In this document: in pieces, positions 1 through 10,900 of the stretch
Layout of the letters: every line of letters begins with the position of its first letter
Position numbering within the stretch: position 1 is the stretch's first letter
NCBI RefSeq assembly: GCF_006345805.1
Contig: NW_021832912.1
Location: 1-29,618 of the forward strand
Length of the DNA stretch: 29,618 nt
Direction of reading: 5' to 3'
DNA from: Octopus sinensis
Taxonomy: Eukaryota
Notes under the pieces: generated by a model
Seen by the model: the letters and a program-made list of their open reading frames with translations, nothing else
What the model was told of the DNA's origin: nothing
Databases searched by the model: none
Translations under genes and position numbers: made by a program

Positions 1-152
1 GAAAACCATTACAACATGTCTAAGTTTACAAGAACCAAAACAAAAGGCATGTAAATAAAATATACCAGGTTTAGCTGTCACACTATCTATATGTGTGTAT
101 GAGTATATTCATATATGTATTTATATACGTGTGTGTGTGTGTGAGTATTTCT

Positions 153-741
153 TATTTCTTTACTACACACAGAGGGGTCAAACAAGGACAGACAAACGGG
201 TTAAGTCGATTATATCGACCCCAGTGCGTAACTGGTACTTATTTAATCGACCCCGAAAGAATGAAAGGCAAAGTTGACCTCGACGGAATTTGAACTCAGA
301 ACGTAGCGGCAGACGAAATACCTATTTCTTTACTACCCACAGGGGGCTAAACACAGAGAGGACAAACAAGGACAGAAAAAAGGATTAAGTCGATTATATC
401 GACCCCAGTGCGTAACTGGTACTTATTTAATCGACCCCGAAAGGATGAAAGGCAAAGTCGACCTCGACGGAATTTGAACTCAAAACGTAGCGGCAGACGA
501 AATACCTATTTCTTGATTACCCACAAGGGGCTAAACACAGAGAGGACAAAGAAGGACAGACAAACGGATTAAGTCGATTACATCGACCGCCAGTGAGTAA
601 CTGGTACTTATTTAATCGACCCCGAAAGGATGAAAGGCAAAGTCGACCTCGGTGGAATTTGAACTCAGAACGTAAAGACAAACGAAATACCGCTAAGCAT
701 TTCACCCGGCGTGCTAACGTTTCTGCCAGCTCGCCGCCTTA
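153..741 (-). mobile_element. SINE-A: one full copy (507-741) plus two head-to-tail copies lacking the A box (153-322, 323-506)
   Basis: The minus strand begins TAAGGCGGCGAGCTGGCAGAAACG (A-box-like) and has GAGTTCAAATTCC (B-box-like). Three near-identical bodies each end in an AAGAAATA tail. Confidence 0.9.
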
Positions 742-759
742 ATATTACGTGGGTGTATT

Positions 760-900
760 GCTATCCTCATCTATTTTCTCACATGATTCATTTCTGTAGA
801 AGGTTGTAGGCTCGAAACGTCGAGATTTCTTCCATTTTTTCCTGAGCGTCAAACAGATACACCTTGTTTGTTGTTCTTTCTGCTGTCTCTACTTTTGTAT
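760..900 (+). mobile_element. Probable PLE terminal-repeat fragment with decayed hammerhead motif
   Basis: tttCTGTAGAaggttgtaggctcGAAACGTC at 794-821 and the downstream cctgagcgtc align by eye with 15540-15730 (+) and 12860-12990 (-). Confidence 0.5.
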
Positions 901-973
901 ACATTTTTGTACACTTTCGAACCATATATCTGTACTCATAGATGTGGGTGTGTATGTGTCTGTGTGATTGTGT

Positions 974-1010
<37 letters not shown>

Positions 1011-1039
1011 CATTTATATATACATATATATAAATATAA

Positions 1040-1188
1040 TTATAATTTAAGGTATCTCAGAGATACCACCACGCTGGAAGGTAATAATTATTATTAAAAT
1101 TATAATTTAGGGTATGTAAGAGATACCACCAGCGTAGTGATATCTCTTAGATACCCTAAATTATAAATTGAAAAATAATTATTACCTT
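1040..1188. repeat. Palindromic element with an upstream partial direct copy of its left arm
   Basis: 1100-1129 vs the reverse complement of 1137-1166 match 28/30, with a 7-nt loop. Outer arms aaggtaataatta (1078-1090) and taattattacctt (1176-1188). 1040-1070 repeats the left arm. Confidence 0.85.
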
Positions 1189-1288
1189 TGAAGGTTTTTA
1201 TTCCCATGCGGGCCACCTGATAAGATTGGTATTTAAATATCGATCTTATCCTTATTTATATAAATTTATATATATATACATATATATA

Positions 1289-1582
1289 TGACGGGCTTCA
1301 TTGCAGTCTCTGTATGACGAATAAGCGTTCTGCTTTTACTGACCGACCTGCACAAATGATTTCTTTATAGTGATCAAATGCATGTGCTGCACATTAACTC
1401 TCTGCCTCCATCAAAGCGACGTTGTCTGAACAGGTGCACCCAGGTGTACCACGCGTCAGGTGTCGAAGCAACGTGAGAGGAAGTGTTTTGCTCAAAAACA
1501 CAACGCACTACCCGATCTAGGAATTGAAATCACCATGTAGCGATCGTGCGTGCAACACCATAACCACTAGGTCATGCGCCCC
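1289..1582 (-). mobile_element. tRNA-headed SINE (SINE-E)
   Basis: The minus strand starts GGGCGCATGACCTAGTGGTT (A-box-like), then GATTTCAATTCC (degenerate B box) and gttgtgtttttgagcaaaacactt, a motif related to SINE-C. It ends in gaagcccgtcat like the SINE-B 5' half. Confidence 0.7.
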
Positions 1583-1583
1583 A

Positions 1584-1819
1584 TACATACATACAACATA
1601 GATATATATATATATATATATATATATACTATATTGTGTGTGTGTGTGTGTTATATATATATATATATGCATATATATTTTTTTTTATATATTTACAAAA
1701 TATTAGGTACATATATATATATATATATATATATTAATACATATATATGTATGTACATATATGTGTATGTGTGTATGTATATACACAAACATACAAATAT
1801 ATATATATATAACATATAT

Positions 1820-1851
<32 letters not shown>

Positions 1852-2163
1852 ATACATAAAATCTATACATATATATATAATACATATATGTATATATATA
1901 CTCATATATATATATATGCGAAGGAGACATACATACATCTATATACATATATAACATATATATACACGTATGAATACATATACGTTCACTTACACATAAA
2001 TATATATATACACACGCACACACACATTGTCTTCATATGATCCAACAATAGTTGTATATAAGCACGTCTTCAGGTAAGTAGAGTCCGTTCTCCACTCACC
2101 TGAAGACGTGCTTATTCACAGCTAGTTGGATCATATTAAGAGAAATATGTGTATAGACACGTG

Positions 2164-2217
<54 letters not shown>

Positions 2218-2340
2218 TACATATGTACGCACACCCATATATATACGTATATATATATATATGTTAAGGCATGTAAGTATAAATGTTATATATGATTTTT
2301 ATATATATATGTATATATATATATACACCTATGCCTCAAA
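1584..2340. repeat. Compound (TA)n/(TG)n/(TACA)n microsatellites, interrupted at about 2030-2150
   Basis: Directly visible. Confidence 0.9.
2058..2115 (-). other. 58-nt foldback: 26-bp stem, 6-nt loop
   Basis: Arms 2058-2083 and 2090-2115. All 26 positions pair on the minus-strand RNA (24 Watson-Crick, 2 G-U). Confidence 0.9.
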
Positions 2341-2559
2341 AATATAAGACATGATGGTCGTGTTCGGAATGCAGATGATCCTAAGACTATTCAATTAAGT
2401 CCAAGCCGGGTCTATGAGGCACCAGCAACTACCTTAATCCTTACATCATGTTTTTTTTTCTTTTGGTGATTATCTGAACTCTTGGCTCAAATACTTGTTT
2501 CTTACTTAACCACACTGCCGTACCTTAGGTGCGAAGTGTGGTTTGACACCAGTGGCCAC

Positions 2560-3350
2560 TGTACTTGAATCGCACTTTATTTTACTGACCCAGGAAGGAA
2601 GATAATGTTGATTTCGACGGTTTTTGAACTCAGAAAGCAAGTACCAGAACAGCGGGTTAAATATTAGTCTTTCGTTTAGGAAGAAAGGTACCACTTTTGA
2701 AGGGATCAACTATGTCAACACCTATCGATTCCAGTTGATTATTTTATCACCTCCAAACGGAAATATCGTAAAGCTGATCTCGGCGTTATTTGAACTCAAA
2801 ACTGAGAAAAAGAAACGGAATTGTAACGGTTCTTCGTTTCAGAATGAAATCTAGCAACGAATCTACCAGCTCGGTATCTTAATTGAGCTTTTGATCACTG
2901 TTTCTTATCTGGGTTCAAGGTCAGCAATTTGATTGCAGGGTACCATTCGATAACATCGATTGCGGAATTTGGCTGGGATTTAATTTTATCGGACTCCGGG
3001 GAGATGAAAGGAAAAATTGAAATTTTCGTCGACGCCATTTGAAATGGCGGAACAAATATCGCAAAGCGTTTATTTTATTTATGTTGTTGGTTTTTTTTTT
3101 GTGGGGGTCAACGCTATAACAATTGTGCAAGCTCGTCCCCTTAATTTGTGTATCAAATACTTGTTTCAAATTTTGGTTCAAGTTCATTAATTTTAGGGAG
3201 AGAAGGATATTCGTTTATATAGTCCCCAATGCCCAATTGTTTATTTTATCGACTCTGAAAAGCAAAGTCGACCACGGTGGGATTTGAACTCCTATCGTAA
3301 AGAGCCGGAGTAAACGCCGTTAAATGTTTTATCCAGCAAGCTCGTCGCCT
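2560..3350 (-). mobile_element. About four old, degenerate SINE-A fragments
   Basis: Recurrent tttgaactc (B-box reverse complement) preceded by ttttatcgac/aaagtcgac-like motifs near 2625, 2790 and 3285. A similar fragment lies at 2960-3070. Confidence 0.6.
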
Positions 3351-3407
3351 TTTGTGCATCAAAAACAGTCTCTAGTGAATTTCTTTGAACAAAAAGTCCG
3401 GAGAACT

Positions 3408-3491
<84 letters not shown>

Positions 3492-3501
3492 CAGACAGAT
3501 A
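3408..3501. repeat. (GATA)n microsatellite
   Basis: Directly visible, about 20 units grading into GACA. Confidence 0.95.
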
Positions 3502-3609
3502 CTCTGGTGGGGTTTACATATAAGTACACAAACATACACACACACACATACACACACACTCAATCACACATGTAAAAACTCCGGAGTGATTTATACATGT
3601 ATGTATATA

Positions 3610-3819
3610 CAGGGTGTGGCAGAAATACCTTCCACAGTTGAAAGGTTGACAAAAGGAAAGAGAAACAACATTTATGAAAAATTAATTTTACTGTTGTTTA
3701 AACAAAGGGTTACAGTTTTTTGTTTATTAGCTAAATGAAAACATCATTGGCACTTGCATCAGTTTAACAGCAACACATAGGTGAAAGTTTAAAATGTGGG
3801 AAGTATTTCTGCCGCACCC

Positions 3820-3821
<2 letters not shown>
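3610..3821. mobile_element. Tc1/mariner-type MITE, 212 bp
   Basis: 30-bp TIRs starting CAGGGTG (26/30 identical: 3610-3639 vs 3792-3821), with TA on both flanks (3608-3609, 3822-3823). No coding capacity. Confidence 0.85.
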
Positions 3822-3868
<47 letters not shown>

Positions 3869-3994
3869 CTAATAAAGACTTGCATTGTGTCCTTTAAATA
3901 AATATTTATCCCTCATTAGATGGAGTGCTTTTTTTTTGTTGAATTTTCTGTCACGGAACAGTACATTATATATCAATGTGTGAGTATGCGCGTG

Positions 3995-4841
3995 TGTATA
4001 TTTGTGTTTGTGTAGTAGAATATGTATGTATGCCATGTATGTATGTATATGTATGTATGTATTATGTATGTGTGTATGTATGTATGTATGTGTATGTATG
4101 TATGTGTGTATGTGTGTATGTATGTATGTATGTATGTATGTATGTATGTATATGGTGTGTATGTAGTATGTATGTGTGTATGTATGTATGTGTGTATGTA
4201 TTATGTATGTATGTAGTATGTATTATGTATGTATGTAGGTATGTATGTATTGTATGTTGTGTGTATGTATGTATGTATGTATGTATGTGTGTATGTATGT
4301 GTGTATGTATGTATGTATGTATGTGGTGTATGCATGTATGTGGTGTGTATGTATGTGTGTGGTGTATGTGTGTATGTATGTATGTATGTATGTATGTGTT
4401 TGTGTATGTATGTATGTATGTATGTATGTATGTATGTATGTATGTATGTAGTATGTGTGTGTATGTATGTAGTAGGTATGTGTGTGTATGGTGTGTATGT
4501 ATGTATGTATGTATGTGTGTATGCATGTATGTGTGTGTGTATGTATGTGTGTGTGTATGTGTGTATGTATGTATGTATGTATGTATGTGTGTATGTATGT
4601 ATGTATGTATGTATGTATGTATGTATGTGTGTATGTATGTATGTATGTATGTATGCATGTATGTATGTATGTATGTATGTATGATGTATGTATGTATGTA
4701 TGTATGTATGTGTGTATGTATGTATGTATGTGTGTATGTATGTATGTATGTATGTATGTATGTATGTATGTGTGTATGTATGTATGTATGTATGTATGTA
4801 TGTATGTATGTATGTATGTATGTATGTATGTATGTATGTAG
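3995..4841. repeat. Long (TATG)n microsatellite, degenerate on the left and purer on the right
   Basis: Directly visible. It is the source of all the MYVC/HTYI ORFs here. Confidence 0.95.
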
Positions 4842-5004
4842 TACTAACCTATCAAATCTGCAAGTGGGTTTCGAATCTCTCTAATTCCTTTGGCAAAACA
4901 AAAATACATTGTATTTACATCAAGACATCGTGTTGCTGCGCAAGTGTAAGCAAAATTATTGGAATTCGCCCTTAACCGAAAAAAGTTATGTTAGAGGAAA
5001 AGAT

Positions 5005-6160
5005 TCCTTCCTATTATAGGCACAAGGTCTGGAATTTTGAGGAAGCGAGGGACTAAGTCGAGTACAGCGCCCCCAATACTTAGCTGGTATTTTATCGACC
5101 CCCGAAGGGATGAAAGGCAATTCCACCCGCCCCTAAGTCACATGATAATGAAATATGAAAATTTGAGGGGTACACTGCGTTCGCGACTCGGGTAGGGCAA
5201 AAGGGTAAAAGTTGATCTCTCAAGCGGGATTTGAATTCGAAACGTAAAAGTTGGTGATCAAAACACCACAAGGTACTTTTGTATGACGCTCAAACGATAT
5301 GGTCAACACACAAACTCAATGAAAAGAAAGGATTGAAAAAGAAAAGATAAAAGAGAAAATAATATAATTGTAAGAGAGACAGTAAACCAGGATTTTTCAG
5401 GAAGAAGCGAGCGATTATCTTGACCCCAGGAGAATGAAAGTTAAAGTTGCCTTTAGTGGGGTTTGAAATCGGAACTTAATAATATTATGTAAAACAGTTT
5501 CACATATGGTAACAAAGATAGAAATTTGGTTGGAAAACAGGCAATTATGTCGACCCCAGTAAATGACTAGTACTTTATTCTATCGGCCCCAGGATGATGA
5601 AATTCAAAGTTGAATTATATATATATATAATACTAATTATAACTATTTTTTTTTACCTAGGCTCAAGTTTAGAAGTATAGTCGGAGGAAAAAGGTGACGA
5701 TGTTGACCCCAGTGCATGACTGGTATTCGATTTTATCGACCACAGGAAGATAAAAATCAAAGTTGGTCTAGGCAGGGTTTGAACTCAGAACAAAAAGTAC
5801 TATTATAACAATGACACATCTAGGTACGAGGTGAAAATTTTGGTAAGAAGAAACAGGTGACTGTGTGTCGCCCCCAGTACATAACTGGTATTTTATTGAG
5901 TTATCTACCTCACGAAGATGACAGATGGAGTTAGCTTCGGTAGGATTTGAACTTGGAACGCAAAAATACTATTCATAACGAATTTTAATGAGGGCACAAA
6001 GCTAGAAAATTTTAGGGACAGAGCAGATGAGTTTCCTTCCCCCAGTATCTGACTGGTATTGTTATGCCATCGACTCGCAAAAGATAAAAGGTAATGTTGC
6101 ACTCGGTGCGATTTGAACTCAGAACTTGAAGAACCGCAAATAAATATACCGCAAGGCTTT
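5005..6160 (-). mobile_element. Cluster of about seven degenerate same-orientation SINE-A fragments
   Basis: Repeated gaccccagt..ctggta..ttatcgac..aaagtt..tttgaact modules near 5080, 5230, 5440, 5570, 5730, 5890 and 6070. Confidence 0.7.
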
Positions 6161-6177
6161 ATAGAATTTATCCGTTA

Positions 6178-6627
6178 TCTTTTACTTGTTTCAGGCATTA
6201 GAATGCGGTCATGCTGGGGCACTACCTTCTTTTGTTTGTTTTTTCTAAAACTTCTTACTTCTTCTATCAGTCTCTTTATGCCTAACCAATAGGTTACGGG
6301 AACGTAAACACACGGACACCGATTGTCAAGCCGTGGTTAGGGACAAACTCAGACACAAGAAAATACACATAAATATACATACAAACACACACACACACAT
6401 GTGTGTATATATATATATATTATATATTATATATATACATGTATGTATATATATATATGTGTATGAGACGAGTTTCTTTTTGCTAAATATCAACTAAGAA
6501 GGCTTTGCTCGGCCCAAGGCTATAGTAGAAGACACTTGCTCAAGGTGCCATGCAATGAGACTGAACCATGCAGAGGGACAATATGATTGGGAAGCAAGCT
6601 TCTTTCCACACAGCCACGCGTGCGCCT
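6178..6627 (-). mobile_element. SINE-B, near full length, with central microsatellite
   Basis: Minus-strand head GGCGCACGCGTGGCTGTGTGG and 3' domain ending gaaacaagtaaaag. Aligns with 21379-21776 and 26296-26747. Confidence 0.85.
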
Positions 6628-6628
6628 C

Positions 6629-6629
<1 letters not shown>

Positions 6630-6672
<43 letters not shown>
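6630..6672. repeat. (AAT)n microsatellite
   Basis: Directly visible. Confidence 0.95.
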
Positions 6673-6676
<4 letters not shown>

Positions 6677-6736
6677 GCGTATAAGCGAAAACCGTGTATT
6701 GACCGAAGAAAATAGTCTAATATAAGACCCCGACGG

Positions 6737-6806
6737 AAAAAAAAGTGGGTTTCCCGTATGTATGGGACTTGAACCCACGCTTCTTATAGTTGCCGTAAGT
6801 GTACCA

Positions 6807-6812
<6 letters not shown>
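6737..6812 (-). mobile_element. Degenerate tRNA-like head (SINE head or tRNA pseudogene)
   Basis: The minus strand has GGGTTCAAGTCCC (B box, 6764-6776) followed by a T8 run. The A box is weak and no clean cloverleaf is seen. Confidence 0.3.
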
Positions 6813-6848
<36 letters not shown>

Positions 6849-7484
6849 TGTATGTATGTATGTATGTATGTATGTATGTATGTATGTATGTATGTATGTA
6901 TGTATGTTAACATTATATCTGAATAAAGAATATAGAGAATACTTTTGATTGAACAGGGGACGACGCTGAAGTAAAAAAAAAACACGGGCGGCAATAATTC
7001 AGAAAGTGAAACTAGGAGCCAACTTGGGGGCCTCTATGAGGTCAATTAGCGTACTAGAAATAACAGCCAAAGTTCATCAACTCGCAACCTACCGCCTTGA
7101 AAAGCAAAAAATTAAAAGCATAAAAAGATAGATTTGAAGGACATATTAGCTAGTGTCTTCCAAGATATACATGTGTACACAAAAACATGGAATGGTCATA
7201 GTTTTGAATATTTTTTTTTTTTAGCATAGTTCTACCAAACCCGGGTTGTGTACTATTTGGTTGAATAATCCGGCCAGAACAATTATAAGAATAAAAAAGA
7301 AAGAAAGAAAATGTATGCTTCATTCCTTCCTTGTTTTGTTTTGTTGTTTTGTTGGGTTTTTTTGTTGTTTTTTTTTTTCGTTATTGTTTTCCAATGCGAC
7401 GAGTACCGAGATTGAACATGAAAACCACTTACCTATCTGTTAAGCCGTGTAAATAGCAATGGTATTCCTTCCTTTCTGTTGTCA

Positions 7485-7888
7485 CTGCCTGCCTGCCTGC
7501 CTGCCTGCCGGCTATCTGTCCGTCGGTCTGTGTTTATCCTGCCTGCCTGCCTGTCTGTCCGTCAGACTGCCTGTATGTTTGTCTGTGTTGGCTCAACCTG
7601 CCTCTCTGCCGGCCTCCTGCCTTCCTACCCGTATTTATATATGTCTATAATATATCAGTTATGCATTTACATATACCTATATTTATGTGCAAGCGTGTGC
7701 GCGTGAGCGTGTGCGTATATATATATGTGTGTATGTGTGTGTACGTGTGTGTGAGTGTGTGTGCACTCTTCTCTCTCACTCCCACTCTCTCTCTCTTTCT
7801 TTCTTTCTCTGTATATATATATATATGTGTGTTATGTGATGTGTGTGTGTGTATGTGTACCCTCTCACTTTATATTTTGTGTGTGTGC

Positions 7889-7922
<34 letters not shown>

Positions 7923-8040
7923 GGATATGCGACGCGTGCGTGTATATGTATATATATATATGTATGTATGTATGTATGAATATATGTGTGTACACGTGTG
8001 TGTGTGTGTGTGTGTGTGTATGTTTATATATATACACGCG
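7485..8040. repeat. Degenerate (CCTG)n followed by mixed TG/TA/CT microsatellites
   Basis: Directly visible. Confidence 0.85.
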
Positions 8041-8065
8041 CTTTTGATGTTTTCAATTTCCTTCA

Positions 8066-8545
8066 GTGATTGTCCTTTTCTTTCTTTCTTTTTTTTTTCT
8101 TAACCCCCTTCTCACTCTCTCCCACTACCCTCCCTCCCACTCCTTCTCTCCTACTCCCCCTCTCTCTCTCTCTATTTTCCTCCTCCTCTCTCTTTCTCTC
8201 TTCTACTCCCCTCTTCTCTCTCTCTCTCTCTCTTTCTCATTACCTTTTTTTTAGCCTTACCAAATCTTATACTCTCTCTTTTCTCTTTGTCTTCTTCTCT
8301 CCTCTTCCTTCTTCTCTTGTCCCTTCTCTTCTCTTTTCTCTTTGTCTTCTTCTCACCTCTTCCTTCTTCTCTCGTCCCTTCTCTTCTCTTTCTCTTTTCT
8401 TTTTTCTCCTCTTCCTTCTCTTTCTCTTTCTCTTTTTTCTCCTCTTCCTTCTTCTCTTTCTCTTTGTCTTCTTCTCTCCTCTTCCTTCTCCTCCCTTCCC
8501 TTCTCTTTCTCTTTCTCTTTCCTTTTTTCCTCCTCTCCTCTTCAA
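8066..8545. repeat. Polypyrimidine tract with internal ~30-bp duplications
   Basis: Almost all C/T. tctttgtcttcttctc(t/a)cctcttccttct(t/c)ctc recurs near 8283, 8339 and 8461. Confidence 0.9.
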
Positions 8546-8575
8546 TTAATCTTTACTATAAATTCATTCATTCAT

Positions 8576-9259
8576 TCATTCAGCGGTGCATTTCTTACAC
8601 TCCCCCTTCCTTTTATTCTTCTTCTCCTTCATGTTGCTGCTGCTTTGCATGTTGTTGCTCTTGCTGCTGCTGCTGGCCTTGTTGAGTGTTTTTGCTGCTG
8701 CCTCCCTTTTACTGTTGCTGCTGTTGTCGCACTTTGCCGCTGACGGTCTTGGCTTCTGTTCATTAATTGATTGCTTATAGTCATGTTGCTGCTGATGATG
8801 ATGATGATGGCGGTGCCGGCAACGAAGACAAAGAAGGAGGCGGCGTGCTGGTGGTAAAATAATGATGGTGGTGGTGGTGGCGGCGGTGGTTGTGGCGGCG
8901 GCGGCGGCGGCGGCGGCGGCGCGGCGGCGGCGGTGGTTTGGTGGTGGTGGTGGTGCCAGCAACGAGGACGAAGGAGGCGGCGTGCTGGTAGTAAAATAAT
9001 GATGGTGGTGGTGGCGGCGGTGGCGGAGGTGGAACCCTAGTGTTGGTGGCGTTGATACGATGGACGCGCTAACGTGATGGCGGAGGCGGTGGTGGAACTT
9101 GTTGCGGTGGCACGTTGGGGGTAGTGGTGTGGTGGTGGTGGTGGTGGTGGTGGTGGTGGTTGTAGTGGCAGTGGTGGCGACAGCGGCGGCAGTGGCGGCG
9201 TCGGTAGCAGCATTATTCGTGTGTTCTCCTCGTGGGTGTTTGTAACCAAGTTGTGGGTG
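8576..9259 (-). CDS. Possible low-complexity (H/P/T/A/S/Q-rich) terminal coding exon, unidentified
   Basis: By my manual translation the frame of the 8576-8962 ORF is stop-free up to 9259. Its C-terminal ~75 codons (HDYKQSINEQKPRP...KKNKRKGECKKCTAE*) are less repetitive. No recognisable domain, and stops are naturally rare in this composition. Confidence 0.15.
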   Translation of the reverse strand, partial: HPQLGYKHPRGEHTNNAATDAATAAAVATTATTTTTTTTTTTTTPLPPTCHRNKFHHRLRHHVSASIVSTPPTLGFHLRHRRHHHHHYFTTSTPPPSSSLLAPPPPPNHRRRRAAAAAAAAATTTAATTTTIIILPPARRLLLCLRCRHRHHHHHQQQHDYKQSINEQKPRPSAAKCDNSSNSKREAAAKTLNKASSSSKSNNMQSSSNMKEKKNKRKGECKKCTAE

Positions 9260-10394
9260 TTAAATTTGTGGGTGTTAAAATTGTACATGTGCTTTGACGG
9301 GGCGGCGGACTGTTGTTGTTATTATCATCACTGTCGTTGTTGTAGCTGTTGCTGTTGTTGTTGCTAGTAGTGATGTTGGTGGTAGTGGTGCCAGTAGTCG
9401 TTGTCGTCGTGGTAGCGCACTAATTGGTGTTGATCAAGAGAAGGAGGGGCGGAGGAGGTCGTGGTAGAGGTGGAGCTGGTGTTGCTGGTGTTTTTGATGT
9501 GTATTTTTATGTTAAGAGTGAAAGTGAAAGTAGAGATGGTGGGGATGGCGCTGGTACTGGGAGAGGGGGGTTGTGGTACTACTGCCGCTACTACTGTTTG
9601 CGCTGTTGTTGGTGGCGTTAGTGTTGATGGTGGAGGTTGTCATGGTTGTGGTAGTGATGCTGGTGATGACGATGATGATAGCGGTAATGGGTGGAGTGAT
9701 TGTGGTGGTGGTACTGTTGTTGATGTTTGTGTTGTAGTTGTTGGTAGTGGTGATGATAGTGGTGGTGGTGGTGGTTGTGGTGGCTGTGGTGGTTGTGGTG
9801 GTGGTGGTAGTCATCGTGGTACTGTTGTTGATGTTTGTATTGTAGTTGTTGGTAGTGGTGATAGTGGTGGTGGTGGTGGTGGTTGTGGTGGTTGTGGTGG
9901 TGGTGGTAGTCATCGTGGTGCTGTTGTTGATGTTTGTGTTGTAGTTGTTGGTAGTGGTGATAGTGGTGATGATAGTGGTGGTGGTTGTGGTGGTGGTGGT
10001 CATGGTGGTGCTGGTTGTGGTGTTAGTGTCGGTGTTCTTAGTGGTTGTAATGATGATGGCGATGTTGCTGGTGGTGGAGAGGGAGGAGGAGGTGAAAGAA
10101 GAGGTGTTGTTGGTTGCGTGGTGATGCTAGTGGTGGGAGGAATGGTGAAAGCATTGGTGGTAATAGAGATAGTACTGGTGGTGTTCGTGATGGTTGTTGT
10201 GAAGGCGGTAGTATTAGTAGTAGTAGTAGTAGTGGTGGGGATGCTGGTGGTGGTGGTGGTGACTTCATGAGGTTTGTTTCCTGTGTTTATTTGTGGGTGT
10301 TGAAGTCACAAGTTGGTGAGTGGTGGTGGTAGTGGTGACGGTGGTGGTGGTAGTAGTAGTAGTGGTGGTAGTGGTGGTGGTGGTGATAGTAGAT

Positions 10395-10431
<37 letters not shown>

Positions 10432-10530
10432 GGTGGTGGTGGTGGTAATAGTAGTAGTAGTAGGTCGTGGTCGTCGTGGTGGTGGTGGTGGTGGTGGTTA
10501 AGGGCGTGATCATAATCGTAGTGATGGTGG
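8576..10530. repeat. GC/GT-rich degenerate trinucleotide island (GGT, GGC, GCT, GTT, GAT, AGT runs)
   Basis: Directly visible. Contains direct repeats at 8812-8889/8952-9023 and three tandem units at 9710, 9818 and 9917. Confidence 0.85.
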
Positions 10531-10900
10531 TGGTAGTGACATTAGACAGTTTTGGGGATGTTTGTTTAACCCGAGATGACCCTTCCTAACTGAGCAAACC
10601 TAAAACCGATAATAAATAGCGTTCCTATCATGACCATCGCTGTGGCTCGACTCCCTAGAAATAACAGCTCAACTTCCCTCATATCACAACCCTGCCTGTC
10701 ATGAAAGGAATAAAACAAACTAAGGTAGGCAGAGATTTGAGGGAGATTCGACTGCTACTTCTAGCAGACAAATTAACCACGTACAGATACTCTAGCTCAC
10801 TATACGGTACGATAGGGTTAAGGTTAAAGTGGGATTTGACTGCTAGTTCTAGCAAATCGGATGACCACGTGGGGTCTTATGGCTTTTATTTCTTTCATTT

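Noticed and set aside
153-741. CRISPR-like or satellite interpretation of repeated units, also 16605-16866 and 22301-22805
   Set aside because: There are no constant repeats separated by unique spacers and no cas genes. The units are SINE bodies or contiguous minisatellites in eukaryotic DNA.
3976-4975. Long ORFs of up to 302 aa (MYVCMYVC, HTYI)
   Set aside because: They are translations of (TATG)n, which lacks stops in several frames. The same applies to 11312-12058, 15086-15679 and 24588-25159.
7428-7436. Perfect minus-strand donor AG|GTAAGT
   Set aside because: The upstream sequence is (CAGG)n repeat with no credible acceptor. One such motif is expected by chance.
8066-8549. Leu/Ser/Phe-rich and Lys/Arg/Glu-rich ORFs
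   Set aside because: They are translations of the CT-rich tract and its complement.
9461-10270. 269-aa Gly/Val/Cys-rich plus-strand ORF as a structural protein
   Set aside because: It has a non-ATG start, no signal peptide or recognisable motif, and GGT-type repeats are open in several frames. Kept only as a low-level finding.
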